Below the pieces are notes generated by a model. It made no database searches. It was not told where the DNA came from and saw only the letters and a list, made by a program, of their open reading frames with translations. Shown piece by piece: positions 40,003 through 47,515 of a stretch of DNA of 64,000 nt; positions within the stretch are counted from its first letter, which is position 1, and the number at the start of each line of letters is the position of its first letter. Location of the stretch: positions 355,664 to 419,663 of the forward strand of contig JAPLCB010000011.1 of assembly GCA_026392455.1 (NCBI GenBank), in the 5' to 3' direction. Both the position numbers and the translations under genes were made by a program. This stretch comes from Propionibacteriales bacterium. Lineage in GTDB: Bacteria; Actinomycetota; Actinomycetes; Propionibacteriales; Nocardioidaceae.

Positions 40003-40122
40003 CGCCGAGAGGGCGCAGATGTCCCGCCCGATCACGCCGAGAGGGCGCAGATGTCCCATCCCAGTGGGACATCTGCGCCCGGTCGACGTCGCACAGCGGG
40101 ACATCTGCGCCCGGTCGACGTC
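40003..40122. repeat. inverted array of four 23-25-bp repeats, 32-bp period (F1 40003-40025, F2 40035-40057, R1 40066-40090, R2 40098-40122)
   Basis: Core GGGCGCAGATGTCCC twice, then its reverse complement GGGACATCTGCGCCC(GGTCGACGTC) twice. F2/R1 form a perfect 16-bp stem around a 6-nt loop. The same family recurs at 61845-61995. Confidence 0.95.
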
Positions 40123-40867
40123 AGTCGGCCGTCGCGATCGGCGGCGGTGCGTCGAAGTCGAAGGCCCGGAACAGCACCGCGTGCTCGACCCCGGTCGCGC
40201 GACCGCCCTGGGCCGCGATCATCGGGATCATGAAGGCGGGCGGCGGATGACCCTCGATGGCGCCGAGGTACTCGCCGTGCGCCTCCAGGGATGCCACCCC
40301 CTGGGCGAGCGCCTCCCCGGTGACGTCCACCCCGTGCGTCGGCTGGGTGTGCCCGCCGACCAGGAACCAGCGGACCTTGTGCGGCAGCAGACCCTCCTCG
40401 ACGAGCTCGGGGAAGACCCACGGGTTGTCGGCGTCACGGATCGCGTCCAGGGTGGCGATCCCGGCCACCCGGTGGTCGGCCTGGTTCAGGCCGGCGACGA
40501 ACTCGACCTCCCAGGACCCGGTGAGCACCACGTCCGGCCGGTGGGTCCGGATCGCCCGGGCGATGTCGCGGCGCAGCTCAAGGCTCTCCTGGAGCGTCCC
40601 GTCCGGATGGTCGAGCATCTCCAGACTGGTGACCCCGACGGCAGCACAGGCGGCCTCCTGCTCGCCGCGGCGGATCCGCGCGGTCTCCTCGGGCGGCAGC
40701 GGCATCCCGGCCTCGCCGCGGGTCAGCAGCAGGTAGGCGACCTCCACGCCCTGCGCGACCCACTTGGCGACCGCGGCCGAGGTGCCGTACTCGACGTCGT
40801 CGGGGTGCGCCACGACGCACAGAACCTTGCGGAAGCCCTGGTCGGGCAGCAACGGAAGGATGTCCAT
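40121..40867 (-). CDS. PIG-L (LmbE-like) family deacetylase
   Basis: ORF 40121..40867. VLCVVAHPDDVEYG zinc-site motif and HPDG / HRV motifs. Confidence 0.85.
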   Translation of the reverse strand: MDILPLLPDQGFRKVLCVVAHPDDVEYGTSAAVAKWVAQGVEVAYLLLTRGEAGMPLPPEETARIRRGEQEAACAAVGVTSLEMLDHPDGTLQESLELRRDIARAIRTHRPDVVLTGSWEVEFVAGLNQADHRVAGIATLDAIRDADNPWVFPELVEEGLLPHKVRWFLVGGHTQPTHGVDVTGEALAQGVASLEAHGEYLGAIEGHPPPAFMIPMIAAQGGRATGVEHAVLFRAFDFDAPPPIATAD

Positions 40868-40889
40868 CTGCCGAGCCTAGGGCCCGATC

Positions 40890-42476
40890 TCAGGCGAAGG
40901 AACGGATCTGCTCGTCGAGCTCGCGGCGGTTGTCGCGGCGCAGCGGTACCTCGATGACGTCGATGCCACCGTTCGGGTTCGCCAGCGCGTGCGCCAGCTC
41001 GGCGGAGTCGGAGACCTTCCAGTGCGGGATCCGCAGTCCGCTGCACAGTGCTGCGAGGTCGACGCCGTGCGGGGTCCCGAAGAGCTTCTCGAAACCGTCC
41101 GCGTACGCCGGAGCACCCTGCTCCAGGGTCGCGAAGATCGAGCCACCGTTGTCGTTGGCCACCACGATCGTCAGGTCCGGACGCTCCTCGGCAGGCCCGA
41201 TCACCAGGGCGGTGAGGTCGTGCAGGAACGTCACGTCGCCGACGTACAGGATCGCGCGGGTCGTGTGCGGCCGTCCGATCGCGGCACCGATCGCGGTGGA
41301 CAGGGTGCCGTCGATCCCGGCCAGGCCGCGGTTCGCGATGACCAGCCGCCTGCCGCCGACCGGGTAGGCCCCGGCCACCAGGTCCAGGTCCCGGATCGGG
41401 TTGCTCGCCCCGACCAGCAGCAGGCCCTCGTCCGGGACGGCCGCGTGCACCGCGGCGGCCACGTCGTACGGCGTGAGCCCCGGCTGCGCGGCCAGCAGGT
41501 CGGCGATCTTCGCCGACAGCGCCCGGTCGGCCGTCTGCCACGACTCCAGCCAAGCCGGGTCAGCAGCGGGACTCGAGGGGTCGACCTCGAACGGCCCGTC
41601 GTACTCGAAGGAGACCGGGTGCGGGCGGTCGGCCCAGACGCCGCGGGCCCGTCGGGAGACGACCTCGATGCCGGTCCGCGCCAGCAGTCGCTGGACCGGG
41701 CGCGACAGCGTGGGAGCACCGGCCACCACGACCCGCTCGACCTGCTGGCCGAGCTCGGTGTCCAGGAGCAGCCGGTACCCGCGGATCACGTTCGGACCGT
41801 TGCGCGCACCGCTGGTCGGTTCGGCGAGCAGCGGCCACCCGGCAGCCTGGGCGAGCACCCGCGGACCGGGACCGGAGTCGTCGCCGGCGACGACGACGGT
41901 CGCCGGGCCCTGCGCCAGCAGGTGCGGGACACCCCGCTCCCACGGTCCCCGGTCGGGCTGGCGCGTCACCGGGACGAAGGCGTCGGTGGGCAGCAGCGGG
42001 TCGTCGAACTGGACGTTCAGGTGGACCGGCCCGTCCGCGATCCCCGCGAGGGCGGCCGCCAGCTGACCGGGGTCGTCGATGTCGGCGGACGGGATGAAGC
42101 CGTAGATGCCGACCTGGTCGGTGGTCTGGTTGGCCAGGGTCCCGCGCAGGCGCGCCGGCCGGTCCGCGGTGACCGCGACCAGCGGGACTCCTGCATGGGC
42201 GGCCTCCATCAACGCCGGGTGCAGGTTGGCGGTGGCGGTGCCGGAGGTGGTCACCACCGCGACCGGGACCCGGGACGTCTTGGCGATGCCGAGCGCGAGG
42301 AACGCCCCGGTGCGTTCGTCGATCCGGCTGTGCAGGGTGATCACCCCGGCTGCCTGGGCACCGGCCAGGGCGAGGGAGAGGCCGGCGTTCCGCGAGCCCG
42401 GGGACAGCACGACGTGCCGGACCCCGACGCCCAGCAGGGCCTCGACGCAGGCCCGGGCCAGCTCGGTGGTGTTCAC
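40890..42476 (-). CDS. menD: 2-succinyl-5-enolpyruvyl-6-hydroxy-3-cyclohexene-1-carboxylate (SEPHCHC) synthase
   Basis: ORF 40890..42476. TPP enzyme (VLSPGSRNAGLSLAL, TSGTATANLHPA, GDVTFLHD, NDNGGSIF). GTGA overlap with menC. Confidence 0.93.
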   Translation of the reverse strand: MNTTELARACVEALLGVGVRHVVLSPGSRNAGLSLALAGAQAAGVITLHSRIDERTGAFLALGIAKTSRVPVAVVTTSGTATANLHPALMEAAHAGVPLVAVTADRPARLRGTLANQTTDQVGIYGFIPSADIDDPGQLAAALAGIADGPVHLNVQFDDPLLPTDAFVPVTRQPDRGPWERGVPHLLAQGPATVVVAGDDSGPGPRVLAQAAGWPLLAEPTSGARNGPNVIRGYRLLLDTELGQQVERVVVAGAPTLSRPVQRLLARTGIEVVSRRARGVWADRPHPVSFEYDGPFEVDPSSPAADPAWLESWQTADRALSAKIADLLAAQPGLTPYDVAAAVHAAVPDEGLLLVGASNPIRDLDLVAGAYPVGGRRLVIANRGLAGIDGTLSTAIGAAIGRPHTTRAILYVGDVTFLHDLTALVIGPAEERPDLTIVVANDNGGSIFATLEQGAPAYADGFEKLFGTPHGVDLAALCSGLRIPHWKVSDSAELAHALANPNGGIDVIEVPLRRDNRRELDEQIRSFA

Positions 42477-43459
42477 GAGGAGTGATCCTGCCGCACGGCC
42501 CGGACCAGCCCCGGGTCGAGGGCACTGACGGCCGACCAGCGGGACCGCCAGTAGGACGCGCGGTCGGCCGACGCGACCTGGGTCCGCAGGGCCGCGACGT
42601 TGACCTCGACGCCTGCTACCGGCAGCGACCCGGCTACCGGGAGCAGCGGCGTCACCGCGACGTCACCGGCGAGCAGCTGCACCGTGGCCAGGCCGCAGGC
42701 ATGGGTCAGCTCGGGCAGCGCCCCGGCCAGCGCGAGCCCGGCAGCGATCCCGACGCTGGTCTCCAGAGCGCTGCTGACCACGACGGGCAGGCCGATGTCC
42801 TCGGCGATCCGCAGGCAGGCCCGGACCCCGCCGAGCGGTTGGACCTTCAGCACGGCGATGTCCGCGGCGTCCAGGTCCCGGACCCGGTAAGGGTCCTCGG
42901 CGCGGCGGATCGACTCGTCGGCGGCGATCGGCACCGTCACCTTGCGGCGTACGGCGGCCAGGTCCTCGACGGCCGGCGAGGGCTGCTCGACGTACTCCAG
43001 GCCTCCGGCGGCGCGGTCCAGCACCGGGATCCGGGCGATGGCTTCCTCGACGCTCCAGCCACCGTTGGCATCGATCCGGAGCAGGCCGTCGGGCCCCAGG
43101 GCGTCGCGGACCGCCTCGAGCCGAGCCTCGTCCTCGGCGAGCAGCTGTCCGCGCTCGGCCACCTTGACCTTCGCCGTGCGGCAGCCGTTCGAGGCGAGCA
43201 CGATCTCGTGGGCCCGCTCCGGCGAGCACGCCGGGACGGTCACGTTGACCGGGATGCTGGTGCGCCGCGGCTCTGGCCAGCCCAGGTACGCCGCCTCGTA
43301 CGCCGCCCGCAACCAGGGCAGCGCGGTGGCGTCGTCGTACTCCAGGAAGGGGCTGAACTCGCCCCAACCGGCGTCGCCGCGCAGCAGCATCCCCTCACGG
43401 ACGTCGATCCCCCGGAACCGGGTGCGCAGCCCGATCGCGTAGACGAACGGCTCACCCAT
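42473..43459 (-). CDS. menC: o-succinylbenzoate synthase
   Basis: In-frame part of ORF 42473..43702 from ATG 43459: MGEPFVYAIGLRTRFRGIDVREG...LRIDANGGWSVEEA...ADESIR...VLKVQPLGG (enolase superfamily). Confidence 0.9.
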   Translation of the reverse strand: MGEPFVYAIGLRTRFRGIDVREGMLLRGDAGWGEFSPFLEYDDATALPWLRAAYEAAYLGWPEPRRTSIPVNVTVPACSPERAHEIVLASNGCRTAKVKVAERGQLLAEDEARLEAVRDALGPDGLLRIDANGGWSVEEAIARIPVLDRAAGGLEYVEQPSPAVEDLAAVRRKVTVPIAADESIRRAEDPYRVRDLDAADIAVLKVQPLGGVRACLRIAEDIGLPVVVSSALETSVGIAAGLALAGALPELTHACGLATVQLLAGDVAVTPLLPVAGSLPVAGVEVNVAALRTQVASADRASYWRSRWSAVSALDPGLVRAVRQDHSS

Positions 43460-44525
43460 CGCGGGCCAGCTCCAGGATCGCCATCCGGTCGGACTTGCCG
43501 TTCGCCAGCTCCGGGAGCTCGTCGACGACCACCACCTGCCGGGGCGCCCAGGACCGCGGCTCGACCGCGGCCCGGACCTCGGCCAGTGTCGGCGGATGGT
43601 TGGTGGCCAGAACGGCGACCACCCGCTCCCCCCACTCGGGGTCGGGGACGCCGACCACCTCGACAGCGCGGACCGCCAGGGCCCCGGTGAGCTGGGCGGC
43701 AACGGCCCGGGCCGGGATCTTCACCCCGCCGCTGATGATCATGTCGTCGGCGCGACCGTCGATCTGGAGCCGACCGTCGGGCGTCCAGTGCCCCAGGTCG
43801 TTGGTGATCAGCCAGCCGTCGCGGAACGCAGCAGCGGTACGGTCGGGGTCGCCGGCGTACCCGTCGAAGAGCACCGGTCCGCGCAGCAGGACCTCCCCGG
43901 CCCCGGCGTCCTCGACCCGGACCTCGACCCCGGCCAGCGGGACGCCGTCGTACACGCAGCCGCCGCAGGTCTCCGACATCCCGTAGGTCTGCACGACCGT
44001 GACGCCGTGCGCCTCGGCCTCGGCCCGCACGTCGGGACCGAGCGGGCCACCGCCGACCAGGACCGCGGCGAACCGCGCCAGGGCCGAGACCGAGCCGTCC
44101 TCGAGCGCGCGGTAGAGCTGGGTCGGCACCACGGAGACGTAGCGGCGGTCCGACGTCATCTGCTGCCAGGCAGCCGCCAGGTCGCCGTCCTCGAGCACCA
44201 CCGGCACGGTCCCCGCGACCACGGAGCGGTAGAGCACCTGGACCCCGGCCACGTACGACGGCGGCAGGTTCAGCACCCACTGACCCGGGCCGCCGAGCCG
44301 GTCGGAGGTAGCCAGCGCCGAGGCTCGCAGGGCGTCGCGTGACAGCAGCACCCGCTTCGGCTCGCCGGTGGACCCGGACGTCTCGATCACCAACGGCTCG
44401 GGATCCGCAGCGGCGTCCCAGTCGCGGAGCAGCGCAAGGATCTCCTCGGCACCACCGGACACCGGCCACAGGCTGCTCACACCGCTGAATCTAGCCCCGA
44501 ACCGTCCTGACAGAATCTCCGCCAT
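43452..44525 (-). CDS. menE: o-succinylbenzoate-CoA ligase
   Basis: ORF 43452..44567. Short AMP-binding enzyme (ETSGSTGEPKRVLLS, QTYGMSET, GDLG...DGRLQIDGRADDMIISGG) next to menC. Start ATG 44525 or GTG 44480. Confidence 0.85.
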   Translation of the reverse strand: MAEILSGRFGARFSGVSSLWPVSGGAEEILALLRDWDAAADPEPLVIETSGSTGEPKRVLLSRDALRASALATSDRLGGPGQWVLNLPPSYVAGVQVLYRSVVAGTVPVVLEDGDLAAAWQQMTSDRRYVSVVPTQLYRALEDGSVSALARFAAVLVGGGPLGPDVRAEAEAHGVTVVQTYGMSETCGGCVYDGVPLAGVEVRVEDAGAGEVLLRGPVLFDGYAGDPDRTAAAFRDGWLITNDLGHWTPDGRLQIDGRADDMIISGGVKIPARAVAAQLTGALAVRAVEVVGVPDPEWGERVVAVLATNHPPTLAEVRAAVEPRSWAPRQVVVVDELPELANGKSDRMAILELARDG

Positions 44526-45402
44526 GGCTACAGCAGCGCAGTGGATCGAAGGCGCCCGCCCCCGCACCCTCCCGGCGGCCGTGGCCCCGGTGCTCGCCGG
44601 GACCGGGATCGCCGCGTTCAGCCACCAGGAGATCTGGTGGAAGGCGGCCCTCGCCCTGGCCGTGTCCCTGCTGCTGCAGGTCGGGGTGAACTACGCGAAC
44701 GACTACTCCGACGGGATCCGCGGCACCGATGACGACCGGGTCGGGCCGCTCCGCCTGGTCGGGTCCGGGCTGGCGACCCCCGACGCGGTCAAGGCTGCGG
44801 CCTTCACCGCCTTCGGCGCGGCCGGTGCCTTCGGGCTCGCCCTGGCGATCAGCACCTCGTGGTGGCTGGTGGCGGTCGGAGCCGTCAGCATCCTGGCGGC
44901 CTGGTACTACACCGGCGGCAAGAACCCGTACGGCTACCTCGGACTCGGCGAGGTGATGGTCTTCGTCTTCTTCGGCCTGGTCGCGGTGCTGGGCACCGTC
45001 TACGTCCAGGTCGAGGACCTCCCGGGGACCGGTTGGCTGCCGGCCGTCGGGGTCGGCGCCCTGGCCTGCGCGATCCTGGTCGCGAACAACCTGCGCGACA
45101 TCCCGACCGACACGGTGGCCGGCAAGCGCACCCTGGCGGTCAAGCTGGGCGACTCCCGGACCCGGCTCTTCTACGTGCTGCTGACCTCGACGGCGTTCGG
45201 GGTGCTGGTCGCGCTCGGGGCGCAGACGACCTGGTGGGTCGCCCTCGGCCTGGTCGGGTTCGTCCCGTTGGTCAAGGCCGAGCTGGTGGTGCTGAAGGAC
45301 CGGGCGGTCGGACCCGCGCTGATCCCGGTGCTGCAGCTCACCGGGGTGGGCGAGCTGCTCTACGCCGCAGGGATCTTCGCGGGCCTGCTGATCGGCCGCT
45401 AG
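44524..45402 (+). CDS. menA: 1,4-dihydroxy-2-naphthoate polyprenyltransferase
   Basis: In-frame part of ORF 44368..45402 from ATG 44524: MATAAQWIEGARPRTLPAAVAPVLAGTG...NYANDYSDGIRGTD (UbiA family). Confidence 0.9.
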   Translation: MATAAQWIEGARPRTLPAAVAPVLAGTGIAAFSHQEIWWKAALALAVSLLLQVGVNYANDYSDGIRGTDDDRVGPLRLVGSGLATPDAVKAAAFTAFGAAGAFGLALAISTSWWLVAVGAVSILAAWYYTGGKNPYGYLGLGEVMVFVFFGLVAVLGTVYVQVEDLPGTGWLPAVGVGALACAILVANNLRDIPTDTVAGKRTLAVKLGDSRTRLFYVLLTSTAFGVLVALGAQTTWWVALGLVGFVPLVKAELVVLKDRAVGPALIPVLQLTGVGELLYAAGIFAGLLIGR

Positions 45403-45426
45403 CCCGTCGTCGAAGGTCGCGACGAC

Positions 45427-45693
45427 CTAGTCGACGTCCTCTGCGGTCTTCATCTCCTCGAACTTGGCCTTCGCCCGGGCGGCTCGTTCCTCGACGCTCT
45501 GGGCGAACCGTTCGCGCGGACCGTTCAGCACCTTCAGCGAGAGCAGCGACGACACCACCGCAGCCCCGACCAGGGACCAGACCATGATGGTGCCGTTGTC
45601 GTCGGAGACCAGCGCGCCGATGCCGATGAGGACCGACCAGCAGGCCAGGAAGAGGGCGAACCGGGCAGCCGTGTAGATCAGGAAGTACTTCAC
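45427..45693 (-). CDS. DUF4229-like small membrane protein
   Basis: In-frame tail of ORF 45427..46002 from GTG 45693: VKYFLIYTAARFALFLACWSVLIGIGALV...VWSLVGAAVVSSLLSLKVLNGPRERF, with 2 TM and a charged tail. Confidence 0.65.
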   Translation of the reverse strand: MKYFLIYTAARFALFLACWSVLIGIGALVSDDNGTIMVWSLVGAAVVSSLLSLKVLNGPRERFAQSVEERAARAKAKFEEMKTAEDVD

Positions 45694-45732
45694 GCCCCTA
45701 GGGTATTCCCGTCGAGGAACTAGGCTGACAGG

Positions 45733-45981
45733 GTGATCCGCTTGGTAGTGCTTCTCCTGGGTATGGCAGTAGTGCTGTACGCCATCTTCTGGGCGATCGA
45801 CCGGCGCAACTCCGGCGGGTCCTCCGGGCCTGCGCGGCAGAAGCCCCGGGGTCCGATCGGCCCGGACGACGACGACGCGTTCCTGCGCAACCTCGACTGG
45901 GAAAATCTGAAGCGCGAGCGGCTCCGTAGTACAGAGGAACCACCCCCTACTTCGCAGGAGAACAATGACCTCCCTGAGTGA
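45733..45981 (+). CDS. hypothetical small membrane protein
   Basis: ORF 45733..45981. One N-terminal TM (LVVLLLGMAVVLYAIFWAI) plus a charged tail. It overlaps the start of the peroxidase gene by 17 nt. No family recognised. Confidence 0.4.
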   Translation: MIRLVVLLLGMAVVLYAIFWAIDRRNSGGSSGPARQKPRGPIGPDDDDAFLRNLDWENLKRERLRSTEEPPPTSQENNDLPE

Positions 45982-46450
45982 CTTCTCGGCACGCACCCTC
46001 ACCGGTCAGGAGCAGGACCTGGCGGCGTACGCCGGCAAGGTCGTCCTGGTGGTCAACACCGCGTCGGCCTGCGGGTTCACGCCCCAGTTCGAAGGACTGG
46101 AGTCGATCTACGGCAAGTACTCCGACCAGGGACTGGTCGTCCTGGGGTTCCCGTGCAACCAGTTCGGCGGCCAGGACCCCGGCAGCTCGGAGGAGATCGG
46201 CGCGTTCTGCCAGAAGAACTACGGCGTCAGCTTTCCGATGTTCGAGAAGATCGAGGTCAACGGCGACGGCGCGCACCCGCTGTACCAGTGGCTGAAGTCC
46301 GAGAAGGGCGGCGTCCTGGGCAGCAAGGTGAAGTGGAACTTCACCAAGTTCCTGATCGGCCGCGACGGCCGGGTCCTCAAGCGCTACGGCTCGACCACCA
46401 AGCCCGAGAAGATCGCCGGTGACATCGAGAAAGAGCTCGCCAAGGGCTGA
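45965..46450 (+). CDS. glutathione peroxidase family (Cys-type, BtuE-like)
   Basis: ORF 45965..46450. VVNTASACGFTPQ, LGFPCNQFGGQDPG and WNFTKFLI motifs. AGGAGA RBS. Confidence 0.92.
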   Translation: MTSLSDFSARTLTGQEQDLAAYAGKVVLVVNTASACGFTPQFEGLESIYGKYSDQGLVVLGFPCNQFGGQDPGSSEEIGAFCQKNYGVSFPMFEKIEVNGDGAHPLYQWLKSEKGGVLGSKVKWNFTKFLIGRDGRVLKRYGSTTKPEKIAGDIEKELAKG

Positions 46451-46471
46451 CCAACGCTCTTCCCGCACACG

Positions 46472-46509
46472 CGACGACGGGCCCGACCGCACGGTCGGGC
46501 CCGTCGTCG
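46472..46509. terminator. bidirectional hairpin terminator between convergent peroxidase and ccsB genes
   Basis: CGACGACGGGCCCGACC-gcac-GGTCGGGCCCGTCGTCG: perfect 17-bp stem with a 4-nt loop. Confidence 0.7.
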
Positions 46510-46519
46510 TCTGCAGGTG

Positions 46520-47515
46520 CTACTTCGAGTACGAGTGCTGCGAGCCCGACCCGAAGAAGAAGTTGATCCCGACGAAGTTGAACCACAGGGTCGCCAGCCC
46601 GATGATCGCCACGACCGCCGCCGCACGGCCCTTCCAGCCAGCGGTGGCCCGGGCGTGCAGGTACGCCGCGTAGACGACCCAGGTGATGAACGCCCAGACC
46701 TCCTTGGGGTCCCAGCCCCAGTACCGTCCCCAGGCCTGACGGGCCCAGATCGGCCCGGCGATCAGGGCGGCGAAGGTCCAGATCGGGAACGCGAACGCGT
46801 GCACCTGGTAAGAGAACCGGTCGAGCTGGGCCAGGGCCGGGACCCGGGAGAGGTAGCCACCGGGAGCCGCGGCGGCAGTGCTGCTGGACTGCTTCTCCAG
46901 CCAACGCTCCTTGACCAGGTACAGCACCGACGTCATCCCGCCCAGGGTGAACGCCCCGGTGGCGATGATCGCGGCGATCACGTGGATCACCAGCCAGGGC
47001 GACTCGAGCGCGTCGGTGAGGGTGCCCACCCGCTGGTGCAGCAGCAGCGCGTCCGCCATCAGGACGACCAGCGCGAACCCGGTGACCACCGGGGACAGCC
47101 AGCCGAGCTGGTACTTCTTGAAGAGCACCAGGTACCCGACCACGACCACCAGGGTCCCGGTCAGGGTGAACTCGTACATGTTGCTCCACGGCACCCGGAT
47201 CGGGTCGGCCGCGAGTCCGCGGCACACCACCGAGACGAGGTGGAAGACGACCGCGACCCTGGTCGCGCCCAGGCCGACCCGGGCGAACGAGTCCATCCGC
47301 TCCGAGCGCTCCGGGGCAGCCGGAGGCCGGGCGCCGGTGATGGTGTCAGTGCCGCCGGCGGCGGACCGGGCCCCGGCAGCGGGCACCGCTGCGGACACCG
47401 GGACCGAGCGACCGGCGGCCCACTCCGCGAGGTGCGCGAGCAGGGCGATGAAGTAGAACACCCCGCAAATCCAGAGCACCTGGTCGCTGAGGGTGCCGAA
47501 CTCGTCGTGACTCAT
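46520..47515 (-). CDS. ccsB: cytochrome c biogenesis protein CcsB/ResC (haem-handling, System II)
   Basis: ORF 46520..47515. WGRYWGWDPKEVWAF Trp-rich (WWD) motif. ATGA overlap with resB. Confidence 0.93.
   Translation of the reverse strand: MSHDEFGTLSDQVLWICGVFYFIALLAHLAEWAAGRSVPVSAAVPAAGARSAAGGTDTITGARPPAAPERSERMDSFARVGLGATRVAVVFHLVSVVCRGLAADPIRVPWSNMYEFTLTGTLVVVVGYLVLFKKYQLGWLSPVVTGFALVVLMADALLLHQRVGTLTDALESPWLVIHVIAAIIATGAFTLGGMTSVLYLVKERWLEKQSSSTAAAAPGGYLSRVPALAQLDRFSYQVHAFAFPIWTFAALIAGPIWARQAWGRYWGWDPKEVWAFITWVVYAAYLHARATAGWKGRAAAVVAIIGLATLWFNFVGINFFFGSGSQHSYSK

Noticed and set aside
40003-40122. Regularly spaced direct repeats considered as a mini-CRISPR array (also 61845-61995)
   Set aside because: Units are 23-25 bp with spacers of only about 8 nt. 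The orientation flips in the middle of the array, there are at most five units, and no cas genes are present. This is an inverted repeat element, not CRISPR.
38129-40957. 942-aa plus-strand ORF, and similar long ORFs (90-830+, 1858-2772-, 8416-9300+, 12507-15005+, 18050-20083+, 22934-24061+, 24212-25618+, 25381-26991+, 27506-28729+, 35902-37758-, 47533-49170+, 55348-57093+, 58000-59781+)
   Set aside because: They run antisense to genes with clear family motifs and are Arg/Pro/Gly/Asp-rich with no recognisable domains. Such open frames are the expected by-product of about 70% GC DNA.
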